From Polyangia bacterium (GTDB lineage Bacteria; Myxococcota_A; Polyangia; JAAYKL01): a stretch of 30,430 nucleotides of DNA. The notes below the pieces were generated by a model. The model searched no databases. It saw nothing but the letters and a program-made list of their open reading frames with translations, and was not told where the DNA came from. The translations under genes and the position numbers were made by a program. Each line of letters begins with the position of its first letter. The stretch's first letter is position 1. The stretch lies in assembly GCA_050287845.1 (NCBI GenBank), contig JBNKCR010000096.1, positions 1 to 30,430 on the forward strand. Direction: 5' to 3'. Positions 7,344 through 17,145 of the stretch are shown piece after piece.

Positions 7344-9608
7344 TTATTCCATGGCATAGCGCCGACCGCGCCAGGTGTTGTGCTGCCGCCATTTGGGTTC
7401 CCACTGCAGTCCCACAAACATGCCAAGAGAAAGCTCGTAATTGATGTCGCCATCGCTGGCCTGAATAAAGGTGAGCGCCGGGCTGCGTCCAACGGATTTG
7501 CGCGTGTCCGAAATCAGGTTGTTGAGGGCGAATCCGGCATATGCGGAAAACTGGTCGAAGAAGCGGAATCCAAGGGACCAGCGCATCTTGGCGATGGCGT
7601 CGTTTTCCCATTTATCGTCGTCATCCGGAAGGGTCCAGAAGTAGAGGGCATCAATTTCGGTCCACAGCGGATGAAATTCCAGATGCAGTCCAATGCCGGC
7701 AACCAGCGCATTGTGATTGTCGGAGCGCCAGGATTTCTGACTCATCCCGAGAACTTTGTAGGTGTATCGGTTACCCATCTTCAGGGCCAGATTCCAGCCG
7801 GCAGTGTCCGACATCCATAACGTGGGTGCGAAAAGTCCTTTGGTGGCATAGTTGAACAGGCCAATCTGTGGTCCGGTAAAGTCTCCTCTGGCAATATTCA
7901 CCAGCCCCAGCTGAATCCCTTTTCCGGAGTTTCCATGATTCACCAGCCCCAGCTGCGCGCCCTTCATGACATAGCGGTTGCTGTTGATCAGACCGATTTG
8001 CATCCCGAAAAGGGATGCGGATCGGTTGATGAGTCCCGTTTCCAGTCCCCGCATCTCGCCCCATTGGTGGTTGATGAGCCCCGTCTGCAACCCGCTCATA
8101 TCGGCAGTGACGTTCACCAGTCCGGTCTGGAACCCGCCGAACACATCGCGATTGACGTTGACAAGCCCGGTCTGGAATCCGTGCACGGTATGTCCGATAT
8201 TGACCAGTCCCGACTGAAATCCAACGGTTCGTATGCTGGAAATATTGACCAGTCCGGCCTGGACGCCGCGCAGATCCGCGGCGTAATTGTACGCGGCGCT
8301 CACTTGCATCCCGGAGACGATACCGGTGCGGATGTTGCCGACAATGCCAACCTCCAGACCGCGCAGGGAGTGCCCCCGGCCCAGAAGGTTCAGCGCGAAA
8401 ACATTGAGCGTCGGCTCAACGCCATTGGTGGATACGCCGGGAAGGAAGCCCACCGCCACCGGCCGGAACTGCGTCCATTTGTCCGCTTCGTCCCGGTGTG
8501 TTGCTTTCGGCACCGCGTCCCCTCTGGCCACTGTGGCGTGCCGGGCCCGCACCCGCAGACTTTCCCCGTTGATTCTGGCCGGCGAACGGCCGGTCACCCG
8601 GACAATCCCCTGGCGAAGAGTGTGGGTGCTGTCAATGGCGACTTCGTAATTTCCGGGCTGGACGCCCAGCTTGATGGGGCGGTCAGAGGTTTTATTGATT
8701 TCGGCAATGAGGTTGCCGTTTTCATCCCGGACGTAAATGCGTCCTTTCACCTCCGGAGCGAAGAGAATCACGCCGTTGGTCGATCGAAGATCGGTGAGAA
8801 CAAAATCACCGGCGCCGGCCAGCCGAAAGTCGTAGTTGGGGTGCTGGGCACCGGCCTGGGTGTCTGTGGTGCGATGCAGGGTTTCATCAAAGGCATAGGT
8901 ATAGGATTCATTCAGGGTAACACGGCCGTCCCGGTTCTCGTCGGCGGCGCCCCGCATGCCGGATACCAGAAAATGGGTAAAATAGGAGCCCCCGATTCTG
9001 TCGGATTCCTGTGCCACCTCGTCCGCGGACGACGATGTGAGAATGGCAACGCCTTTCACTTCCGAAGAGGCATCCACCAGAAATGGCGCGGTTCGTCTGC
9101 CGCCCTTGGTGCGGACCAGGGTGCCGGACGCACATGAATCCAGGATACCGATGCGCACCCATGCGGGCAATTTGTCTATCTGCTGTTTAATCTCCTGATA
9201 GGTATACACATCGTTTTCCAGCAGCAGCCCCTTTTCGTCTGAATGGCCGGAGTAATAAAAAACCAGCTCCGTCCGGTCGCCGTTTTTCCGGGCGCTGTTG
9301 AGCATGCGGGTCATTCGGGTGAACCCGTCAACCAGCGCCTTTCGGGTGCCGTCGGTAATCAGAATCAGATCATTTCCGCGAACGCCCCCCAGTTCCACCA
9401 GCACCTCGGCCACCGATGCGGCATCGGTGTTGGCATACCGCAGTGGTGGTCTTTCGTAACCGCCGTTATTGGCTCCCACAATATACGCGAACCGTCGTAT
9501 CGGGATTTCATCGTCGCAGATCACCGGGGAAGAGATGCAGATGGTGACGAGCACCATTGCCGCCGCGGCAACTACAGATGGGTTGCGATGTATGTCTGTC
9601 CATGTCAT
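7344..9608 (-). CDS. Exported caspase-family (peptidase C14-like, ActC-like) protein with GxQxGLVN (LA_2272-type) repeats
   Basis: N-terminal hydrophobic signal; VGANNGG, LRYANTDA, FYYSGHSD (His), ILDSCASG (Cys), AQESDRIGGSYFTH and DENRDGRVTLNESY motifs; more than 10 C-terminal GxQxGLxN repeats. Confidence 0.88.
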   Translation of the reverse strand: MTWTDIHRNPSVVAAAAMVLVTICISSPVICDDEIPIRRFAYIVGANNGGYERPPLRYANTDAASVAEVLVELGGVRGNDLILITDGTRKALVDGFTRMTRMLNSARKNGDRTELVFYYSGHSDEKGLLLENDVYTYQEIKQQIDKLPAWVRIGILDSCASGTLVRTKGGRRTAPFLVDASSEVKGVAILTSSSADEVAQESDRIGGSYFTHFLVSGMRGAADENRDGRVTLNESYTYAFDETLHRTTDTQAGAQHPNYDFRLAGAGDFVLTDLRSTNGVILFAPEVKGRIYVRDENGNLIAEINKTSDRPIKLGVQPGNYEVAIDSTHTLRQGIVRVTGRSPARINGESLRVRARHATVARGDAVPKATHRDEADKWTQFRPVAVGFLPGVSTNGVEPTLNVFALNLLGRGHSLRGLEVGIVGNIRTGIVSGMQVSAAYNYAADLRGVQAGLVNISSIRTVGFQSGLVNIGHTVHGFQTGLVNVNRDVFGGFQTGLVNVTADMSGLQTGLINHQWGEMRGLETGLINRSASLFGMQIGLINSNRYVMKGAQLGLVNHGNSGKGIQLGLVNIARGDFTGPQIGLFNYATKGLFAPTLWMSDTAGWNLALKMGNRYTYKVLGMSQKSWRSDNHNALVAGIGLHLEFHPLWTEIDALYFWTLPDDDDKWENDAIAKMRWSLGFRFFDQFSAYAGFALNNLISDTRKSVGRSPALTFIQASDGDINYELSLGMFVGLQWEPKWRQHNTWRGRRYAME
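7845..8400 (-). repeat. Coding repeat array of about 14-15 aa units (GxQxGL[VI]N)
   Basis: GVQAGLVN, GFQSGLVN, GFQTGLVN twice, GLQTGLIN, GLETGLIN, GMQIGLIN, GAQLGLVN, GIQLGLVN, GPQIGLFN. Boundaries are approximate. Confidence 0.85.
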
Positions 9609-9611
9609 TGT

Positions 9612-10277
9612 TCACTCCCTGATGGCTTTGTGTAACACAACCTTCTGTGTTTGGATATTTTCATCGGTGTGTTGTGGCAGTTGCGGCATTTCCCCGGTCG
9701 AGGCAATCTGCCGGGTTTTTTTCCGGATGTCCCGGATATTGATTGGCTGACTGGATGTAAAGAAGAAGAAAATTTCATATCCCGGTGCATCATCCAGCTT
9801 GAATGCAAACGGGAGCACGTGGGTACCAGCTGGAATTCGGGTGGAGGTCACGCCTTCATCGGGATAGTGCTGGGAAATGACTCCCCGACCATCCACAGAT
9901 ACAATGACACCGAACACCTGCGCCGTATTGTACTGAATCTGTACTTCATCGCCCTCCAGAACGGTACTGCCATCGGGGAGGTGAAAAGGAACGGACTCCG
10001 ACTTTTTGTACAGACGCAGGGTAGGGTTGGGGGAGGCGCCGGCGGGGATGTATAGGGCAGCGGGATACTGGCCCGGGGAAGAAAAGGGCAGCTGCGGGGG
10101 CGATACCATGGTGTCGATGGTCCGGGCGCGGCAGGTCAGCAGATAAAAGCAGTCCGCCACATCGCACAGCAATATGAGGGCGCCGGCGACGATGGACAGG
10201 AAAGCCGCGAAGCGCCGTCGTCGGGGCACTGACGGGATTCGGGGATGGTCGGCATGAGTATTTACATGGTTGTCCAT
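9612..10277 (-). CDS. Single-TM protein with a DUF4384/ActD-like C-terminal domain
   Basis: TM segment, then LPDGSTVLEGDEVQIQY...FGVIVSVDGRGVISQHYP...LPFAFKLDDAPGYEIFFFFTS. Ends 3 bp before the caspase start. Start is uncertain (10277 or 10379). Confidence 0.75.
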   Translation of the reverse strand: MDNHVNTHADHPRIPSVPRRRRFAAFLSIVAGALILLCDVADCFYLLTCRARTIDTMVSPPQLPFSSPGQYPAALYIPAGASPNPTLRLYKKSESVPFHLPDGSTVLEGDEVQIQYNTAQVFGVIVSVDGRGVISQHYPDEGVTSTRIPAGTHVLPFAFKLDDAPGYEIFFFFTSSQPINIRDIRKKTRQIASTGEMPQLPQHTDENIQTQKVVLHKAIRE

Positions 10278-10480
10278 TTCTATTTGCAGAACACCGGCAG
10301 TGTGGAAAACTGTCACTTCCCACTGCGGTCTGACCCGTTTTACACCGGGTCTGGCGACGGCTATGGAACGGATTGGCATTATTAATTTGATGTCTTGCGC
10401 GCCTGTGGTACCTGTGCGATATAACTTTCTGTTTTCAGGCGGTTATCACTGGTAACGATGTGTTTCCGGTGGGAGTGAGT

Positions 10481-11575
10481 ATGCTGTATCGTACACGGAA
10501 ATTGTTGGTTCTGTTTCTCATTGTGGGAGGGGCGGCCGCGGTGTGCGCATGCGGTGATCGGGCAAAAGCGAAGACCGATAAGGAGACGTCGAAGCCCCGG
10601 GAGGAGCTGGTGAACGGCCTCACCTCCGAACAGGCGGCGAAGGTGGTGGCCCGGGTGGGGGAGCAGAACATCACGGTGGGAGATGTAACCGAACAGATCA
10701 ACCGCTTGTCACCATATATCAAACGACGTTGGGCCACTCCGGAGAAACGGAAGGAGTTTCTGCAGAAATTGATTCAGATTGAGTTGCTTTCTCAGGAAGC
10801 CATCCGGGAGGGGCTGGATAAATCACCGGAGGTGCAGCGGGCGGTGAAACAGGTAATGGTTCGGCTGATGGTGAAAAACGATCTGGAAAACGAACTGTTT
10901 CCCACGTCCGTGGACGAGGATCGGCTGAAGGCGGAGTACGATAAGGAATGGCAGAAATATCACAGTCCGGCACAGCACCGGATGGTTCAGATTGTGGTGG
11001 AGACGGCGGAAGAAGCCAATCGATTGCTGGAAGAGCTGAAGGCCAGCCCATCACCCCGGGAGAGATTCCGGGAGCTGGCCAGAACCGTGTCCATTGATGA
11101 AGAGAGTAAGGTCCGGGCAGGCGATATTGGATATATCAGCAATCCCGAGGATATTGCGGCGAGTCAGAAAGGCGATAAGGCCCATTGGTTTTCCCAGACC
11201 CCGGGGATATCGGAGGCGGTGGCCCGAGCGTCGTGGACGTTGAAGAAGGCCAACGATTTGTATCCGCAGCCTGTCAGAACAGACCGGGGATATCATCTGC
11301 TGATGTTGTCTACCGTGAAACCGGCGTTGAACCGTTCTTTCAACAGCGTGAAGCGGCTGATAGAAAATCAGGTGCTCCGGGAAATGCGCCGGGTGAAAAT
11401 GGATGAATTTGTGGCGACACTCCGGGCAAAGGCGGATGTGAAAATTTACTCGGAGAATTTTGACAAGGTGAAGCTGGCACTCCCGCGTGAGGGCGAAATA
11501 AACAGTGCGACCATGCCGGAGGAAGCCGGCGAGGTGGACAGTCCGCAGACCGTCCGGGATGAGGCGGATGAATAA
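10481..11575 (+). CDS. Parvulin/PpiC-type peptidyl-prolyl isomerase lipoprotein (PrsA-like)
   Basis: Lipobox VCAC; VVARVGEQNIT, FRELARTVSID...AGDIG and PVRTDRGYHLL motifs; GGGAG RBS before ATG 10481. Confidence 0.88.
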   Translation: MLYRTRKLLVLFLIVGGAAAVCACGDRAKAKTDKETSKPREELVNGLTSEQAAKVVARVGEQNITVGDVTEQINRLSPYIKRRWATPEKRKEFLQKLIQIELLSQEAIREGLDKSPEVQRAVKQVMVRLMVKNDLENELFPTSVDEDRLKAEYDKEWQKYHSPAQHRMVQIVVETAEEANRLLEELKASPSPRERFRELARTVSIDEESKVRAGDIGYISNPEDIAASQKGDKAHWFSQTPGISEAVARASWTLKKANDLYPQPVRTDRGYHLLMLSTVKPALNRSFNSVKRLIENQVLREMRRVKMDEFVATLRAKADVKIYSENFDKVKLALPREGEINSATMPEEAGEVDSPQTVRDEADE

Positions 11576-11635
11576 TTGAGGTCGCTGCGGGTGTTTCAGT
11601 TCCTGCAGGACCAGTGAAGTGAGTGACTGATTTTG

Positions 11636-12607
11636 ATGAGACAAAAAATAAGTATTTCTGTGTTATTGATTGCGGGGTTGATATCCGCTGCAATCCGTGC
11701 GGATGAATTGCCGGCCGATGGCATCGCAGCGATTGTTGGTGATGAAATCATTCTGCTCAGCGAAGTGCACCGTCGCCTGGAAATTACGGCGCAGCAGATG
11801 CAGATGAGTCCTGGCCAGCAGCAGGGGCCTCCGTTGAAGGAGGTGGAGAAACAGGCGTTGTCCGATATTATCGATGAACGGCTGGTGAGCATTGAGGCCG
11901 GGGAGATGCAGATTGCGGTGACGGATCAGGAAGTGGATTCCGCCATCCAGAACATGGCTGCACAGAATAATATGGACCTGGAGACCTTCCGTTCCGCGGT
12001 GGAAGCCCAGGGAACCAGCTTCGCGCAGTACCGCGTATCCATGCGGGAGGATTTGCTGAAGTACAAAGTGATGAACGTGCGGGTTCGGGGACGGGTGAAT
12101 ATTTCGGAGGAAAAAGCCCGGGATTTTTATAACGCACAGGTACGGGATGTCCGTCGTTCAGCGGAGTTTGAAGGGGCGCATATCCTGGTTCGGGTGCCCG
12201 GGGATGCGCGGGCCATTGACGTCGCCAGGCTGAGGAAGAAAGCCGTGGCGCTGTTGAAGCGAATCAGGGATGGCGAAGATTTTGAGCAAGTGGCCAAAGA
12301 AGCTTCCGATGATAAAGTGACGGCGCCATTTGGCGGTCATCTCGGCCATCGCATGCCCGGGGAAATCCCCAATGCGCTCGATTCTGTCTTTCTGGACATG
12401 GAGCCGGGGGAGATTTCCGGCCCGGTAAAGAGCGCCGCCGGGTTCCACATTCTGAAACTGGTCAGTCGCGAAGAGACCGGGGTCAAACCCTTTTCCGAAG
12501 TGAAGAACCTTATTGTGGGACAGTTGACCCAGAAAGAAATGGACAGGCAGCAGGCGTTGTGGCTTCAGGAGCTGCGGAAGAAAACATTCATTAAGGAGCG
12601 CATCTGA
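11636..12607 (+). CDS. surA: SurA-like periplasmic chaperone/PPIase
   Basis: Signal peptide; IAAIVGDEIILLSEV (SurA N domain); HILV, FEQVAKEASDD, GGHLG and GPVKSAAGFHILKL (rotamase). Confidence 0.85.
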   Translation: MRQKISISVLLIAGLISAAIRADELPADGIAAIVGDEIILLSEVHRRLEITAQQMQMSPGQQQGPPLKEVEKQALSDIIDERLVSIEAGEMQIAVTDQEVDSAIQNMAAQNNMDLETFRSAVEAQGTSFAQYRVSMREDLLKYKVMNVRVRGRVNISEEKARDFYNAQVRDVRRSAEFEGAHILVRVPGDARAIDVARLRKKAVALLKRIRDGEDFEQVAKEASDDKVTAPFGGHLGHRMPGEIPNALDSVFLDMEPGEISGPVKSAAGFHILKLVSREETGVKPFSEVKNLIVGQLTQKEMDRQQALWLQELRKKTFIKERI

Positions 12608-13960
12608 TTGATTGCGTTGTGCGCGTTTGGCGCAGCCTTCGCTGCGATTTTCGGATTGATTATGGGGCCAGGAAGAATTGAATTCAGGGCATTGGTGTTT
12701 CGAACGCTGCCGGTGACGGTGCTGGTGGCGGCGAGCCTGTTTCCATCGGTTTCACTCGCACAGTCGGGAAAAGGGCCATATCGGAAGCTCGATGTGTTTT
12801 CGCGGGTCCTGTCGCTGATTGAGCAGAATCACGTGGAATCGGTGGATGAGGATGCGTTGGTCAACGGCGCCATTGAGGGGATGCTTCGTGCATTGGATCC
12901 GCACAGCTCATATCTATCGGCGCAGGATTTTCGCACACTCAAGGAAGATACCGAGGGGAATTTCTGCGGTGTGGGGATGGAAGTGGGGCTCAAAGATGGC
13001 CAGTTGACGGTAATTACGCCGATACCGGAGTCGCCGGCGATGAAAGCCGGAATTTTGCCGGGGGACTGGATTGTGAAGATTGAGGGGATGACAACCGCTA
13101 CCATGGATCTGATGGAGGCGGTTCAACGGATGCGTGGGCGCGCCGGGACCGAAGTGGCGATTTCGGTGAAGCGGGAGGGCACATCACCCATGGATATGGT
13201 GCTGACCCGTGCCCCCATTGAAGTGAAGAGTGTGGAGGCCACGCTGTTGGAGCCGGGAATCGCCCATATCCGCATCAAGGCGTTTCAGGAGGATACGTCG
13301 GCGAATGTTCGGACTCAGCTGCGGCATATGAAACTGATTGGCGGCGGGTTGGAAGGCGTGGTTCTCGATATGCGGCGGAACCCTGGCGGTCTGATGTACG
13401 AGGCTGTGAAAGTGGCAGACCTGTTTGTTTCAGAAGGAACGTTGCTGTCGACCAAGGGGCGCGGCGGGGTGGTGATTGAATCATTCAGTGCGCATCGTGC
13501 CGGTACTTTTAATGGCGTGTCGCTGGTGGTGCTGATTGATGGCGCCAGTGCATCGGCCTCGGAAATCGTCGCCGGCGCATTGCAGGACAACGGCCGCGCC
13601 ATGGTGGTCGGGATGCGGAGCTTCGGTAAAGGGTCGGTACAGACCATTATTCCGCTGCGCGACGGCGGCGCACTTAAACTGACGACGTCCAGATATTATA
13701 CGCCTTCGGGAAAAAGTATTCAGGCCGAAGGGATCATTCCGGATGTAGTGGTGGAGTCGCTCAATCCGCCGGAGCCGGACGAAATGACGCGCTCGATTAC
13801 CGAAATGCCGGCCGAAGGTGAATTGCCCGGACATCTGCTACGGGAGAATTCACGGCGGACTGTGGAAGCGCCCGCGGAGCTGTCGGACTATCAGCTGCGC
13901 ATGGGGTACCAGATTCTCAAAGGACTGGTTCGCGCCCGCCTGGCCCGGGAAACCCGATAG
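12608..13960 (+). CDS. ctpA: S41 family carboxy-terminal processing protease (CtpA/Prc-like)
   Basis: LDPHSSYL, a PDZ domain, VLDMRRNPGG, SASASEIVAGALQD (Ser) and SFGKGSVQ (Lys). True start may be ATG 12662. Confidence 0.92.
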   Translation: MIALCAFGAAFAAIFGLIMGPGRIEFRALVFRTLPVTVLVAASLFPSVSLAQSGKGPYRKLDVFSRVLSLIEQNHVESVDEDALVNGAIEGMLRALDPHSSYLSAQDFRTLKEDTEGNFCGVGMEVGLKDGQLTVITPIPESPAMKAGILPGDWIVKIEGMTTATMDLMEAVQRMRGRAGTEVAISVKREGTSPMDMVLTRAPIEVKSVEATLLEPGIAHIRIKAFQEDTSANVRTQLRHMKLIGGGLEGVVLDMRRNPGGLMYEAVKVADLFVSEGTLLSTKGRGGVVIESFSAHRAGTFNGVSLVVLIDGASASASEIVAGALQDNGRAMVVGMRSFGKGSVQTIIPLRDGGALKLTTSRYYTPSGKSIQAEGIIPDVVVESLNPPEPDEMTRSITEMPAEGELPGHLLRENSRRTVEAPAELSDYQLRMGYQILKGLVRARLARETR

Positions 13961-14528
13961 CTTCGAAAAAAACGGAAAGCGGGTGGACAGGGAACTTATC
14001 TGGCGTCTGCTGTATCCACTTCGACGGTTGAGACAGAACTCCCCTGCGTGGATTGGGACTGACGGATTGCCATCACAAATTGGGCGATCAGTAGTGTCAG
14101 GATGAATAACAGCAGAAAAAGAAAGGCAATCTCTCCTTTGCGTTTTGAAGATTTCATGGCGCTCCCCCTGTGAGAATGTGTGGCTTATTTTTTTTCTACG
14201 ATGGGGATGGGGCAGTGTCAATATCGCAATTTGTTCATAAATGGATTTTTTCGGGAATGTGGATTGATTCATGGTGTCCGAAGACATGCAGGGTTCAGTG
14301 GACGGAGGCCGCCCATGAGTCTGTCGATACGGGGAACCTCCACGATTTTACCGCGCCATCAACTGAATACGGATTAGGTCTGTTCGCGACCGGATATCGG
14401 GCTTCGATATGTGTGCCGGTTCAACATTGTATCGGTCTGTATAAACAAAAACAGTTCCCTGCCGTTATTTTGTATGGTTTCATGGACAGGAAGACAACTG
14501 GATTCAGAAACGACCAGGCTGAAATGTT

Positions 14529-16658
14529 ATGTACTACCCGATATTGTTAATACACTCGTCTGAGAAATTCCGCAGGGAATTGACCGAGAGTCTGAGTGAG
14601 CGGGGTTACTTCGTGATCAGTGCAGCCACCATCGGGGAGGCGGCGGAAGCGATAGATGCAGGGGTGTACGCGGTGGCGATTGTACCGGCGCTGTTGGATA
14701 CATTGAGCGGATTCACGATGATTTCCAGAATTCAGAGTATCTGGGCGGACACTCATATGGTGCTGCTGGATGATGGCGAGTTCGATGAGCGGGATTATGA
14801 CCATATCTGTCGGAGCCGGGGGATCGATCACATCTGCTCCCCCCGATACACTGCCTCGGAAGTGGCGCTCATTGCTGCCAAGCTGGCGGGTACGGCACCG
14901 CCTCTGACGCGAATCCCCGGGAAAATGACGTCTCTCGCCACTGCGGTGCCTTACGCGTCGTCGGACGGTGCGGCAGGGATGTCGATGTTGCCTAAAAATA
15001 AAACAATAGAGGATCCATTGCAGCTGGAGTTGCTGCAGCTTGCCAGGGAATATCAGAAAACCCTTCCGGCGGAATTGCGTCACCTGAGAAAACTGCTGAC
15101 CAGCGCACGGACCGCGGTGGACAATGAGGAGGATATTCTGGAAATTCGCCGCATGACCCATACCATCAGTGGAACGGCAGGAACCCTGGGATTCATGGAA
15201 ATCAGCGACATTGTCCATCAGATAAACGACAAGATAAAACAGATAGAGCAGAGGGGAATCGGAAGTGAGGACGAATGGGAGAACCTGTTTTATCTCATCG
15301 ATCGGGCCATCAGCACACCGGAGAGAAGTTCGTTGGTCCCCATGGGTATCGCAGCATCGTCTCAGAACGTCAATCTTCTGGTGATTGGCGAAGAGCGGGA
15401 TATGCTGATGGAAATCTACGATCTGGCAGAGCGAAATCATATTCTCGTGATTCCCGCATGCACCCGGGTGGAGGCGCTGGCGGAAATCAGCGCGAGCGAA
15501 ATTGCGGGTGTCATTGTGAGCCAGGACATGCAGAATCTGGATCCGGTGGCGCTGGTCGCGGACATGCGCGCCATGGAGGGACGGGAAAATCTGCATGTGG
15601 CCTTCATGTCGGCAGTGGACTCGGTGGATCGGCGGGTTGCCGCCGCGTCGGCCGGCGCCATGATGTTTCTGGAAATCCCCCTCACCGAGGAAGCGCTTAT
15701 CGAAGTGGCCAGGGAGTTTTCCGCCCTCACCGATAAAATCAATGCCCGGGTGCTTATCGTGGATGATGATCCATTTTTCAGAAAGCACATCAGCAACCTG
15801 CTGGTTTCAGAGCATCTGGAGGTCCATGAACTGGATGAACCGCAGCGCATCCTCGATACCCTTGAGGTGACCAACCCGGACATCCTGCTGCTCGATGTTC
15901 AGATGCCGGAAATCAGTGGATTCGATGTGTGTCGGATTATTCGCTCGGTTCCCTCCTGGCGAAATCTTCCGGTATTGTTTTTAACCGGGGAATCGGATGT
16001 GAAGGTGCGAATCGAATGTTTCAATGTGGGGGGAGATGACTATATCCAGAAGCCGGTCATCAAAGAGGAGCTGCTGGCCCGTATCAACGTGCGCCTTGAG
16101 CGCATCCGGTTGTTCAGGGAGCGCGCAGACAAAGATCCGCTGACCCGATTGTTCAACCGGCGGGCATTCATGGAGGAAGTGACCGCCAAAATGAAAGAAG
16201 GCGTCCACTTCAATCGCCCCCTCAGTCTGTGCATCGTGGATTTGGATCACTTCAAACACGTGAATGACACGTATGGCCATCTGGCCGGTGACCGGGTGCT
16301 CCAGTCGATGGGAAAACTGCTGCTGTCCCGATTCCGCAATACGGATGTGCGCGGGCGTTGGGGGGGCGAAGAGTTTGCCGTGGCTTTTTATAACGAGGAA
16401 GCGGGACAGGCCAGGCGCCTGCTGTACGAGGCACTCAAAGCGCTTCGCAAAATGACGTTCACCGGAGATGGGGGGGAGACGTTCCGGGTCACCTTTTCAG
16501 CAGGGGTGGCCACCTATCCATCCGACGCCAGAGAATTTGATGCACTATTCCGGATTGCGGACGAATGTCTCTATCGCGCCAAAGAAAATGGTCGAAATCA
16601 GATTCAGACCATAGCGGATTCTTTGAACAACGCCATCGATTCGCCAGACCAGCCCTGA
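14529..16658 (+). CDS. Multi-domain response regulator/diguanylate cyclase (REC-like, Hpt, REC-like, REC, GGDEF)
   Basis: Hpt motif THTISGTAGTLG; canonical REC (VDDD, LLDVQMP, QKP); DPLTRLFNRR, DLDHFKHVNDTYGH, RNTD I-site and RWGGEEF. Confidence 0.92.
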   Translation: MYYPILLIHSSEKFRRELTESLSERGYFVISAATIGEAAEAIDAGVYAVAIVPALLDTLSGFTMISRIQSIWADTHMVLLDDGEFDERDYDHICRSRGIDHICSPRYTASEVALIAAKLAGTAPPLTRIPGKMTSLATAVPYASSDGAAGMSMLPKNKTIEDPLQLELLQLAREYQKTLPAELRHLRKLLTSARTAVDNEEDILEIRRMTHTISGTAGTLGFMEISDIVHQINDKIKQIEQRGIGSEDEWENLFYLIDRAISTPERSSLVPMGIAASSQNVNLLVIGEERDMLMEIYDLAERNHILVIPACTRVEALAEISASEIAGVIVSQDMQNLDPVALVADMRAMEGRENLHVAFMSAVDSVDRRVAAASAGAMMFLEIPLTEEALIEVAREFSALTDKINARVLIVDDDPFFRKHISNLLVSEHLEVHELDEPQRILDTLEVTNPDILLLDVQMPEISGFDVCRIIRSVPSWRNLPVLFLTGESDVKVRIECFNVGGDDYIQKPVIKEELLARINVRLERIRLFRERADKDPLTRLFNRRAFMEEVTAKMKEGVHFNRPLSLCIVDLDHFKHVNDTYGHLAGDRVLQSMGKLLLSRFRNTDVRGRWGGEEFAVAFYNEEAGQARRLLYEALKALRKMTFTGDGGETFRVTFSAGVATYPSDAREFDALFRIADECLYRAKENGRNQIQTIADSLNNAIDSPDQP

Positions 16659-16683
16659 TCGGAATCAACGGCGAATGGTAGGG

Positions 16684-17145
16684 CTAATCCGAAATGGTTC
16701 CCCGGATGACCTTTTCTCCGGCGCTGTTGGAGACAATAAAGTTACCGCGGAGGGTTGCATCCTTTTTGCTGGCAATCAGGTTGCCCCTGTAAAATTCGTT
16801 TTCGTCACTGCCAAGCCAGCATCGAACGGTGTTCCCATCCAGGATGCCCCGGGCTGTCAAACGTCTGGACGCCATCTGCAAATGACCGGAAATGGTATTG
16901 TCTGAAATTTTGAGTTCCAGTTGAACCGGAATACCGTCCGCTGTCTTTCCGCCAGCAGCAATGGTCTGAATCACCGCCGGCGCAGCGGGGGAGGCGTCAT
17001 CATCGCCCCTGGATGCCGCCCCGGAATTCCCGGTAGCGGCGTGGTCATTATCTGAGTTCGCCGCATTTTCCTGTGGTCGATTGCCGCATGCGCAGCACAT
17101 GCCGAGCGAGATGATTGTCATTATGAAAAAAAGGAAAGGTTTCAT
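16684..17145 (-). CDS. Hypothetical lipoprotein
   Basis: Signal with Cys (LGMCCAC), a low-complexity linker and a beta-rich domain; 4-bp ATGA overlap with the upstream gene. Confidence 0.7.
   Translation of the reverse strand: MKPFLFFIMTIISLGMCCACGNRPQENAANSDNDHAATGNSGAASRGDDDASPAAPAVIQTIAAGGKTADGIPVQLELKISDNTISGHLQMASRRLTARGILDGNTVRCWLGSDENEFYRGNLIASKKDATLRGNFIVSNSAGEKVIRGTISD

Noticed and set aside
7211..7492. 93-aa ORF overlapping the caspase 3' end
   Set aside because: It overlaps the caspase frame by about 150 bp and has no recognisable motif or RBS.
13961..14528. c-di-GMP riboswitch upstream of the GGDEF gene
   Set aside because: I could not find the GEMM-type conserved GCAAA...GAAA...GACGCAAAG pattern.
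14547..15788. 413-aa minus-strand ORF, and similar long antisense ORFs at 7935-9137, 18332-19324, 6231-7166 and 26001-26909
   Set aside because: Each lies opposite a gene with clear family motifs, as expected from codon bias.
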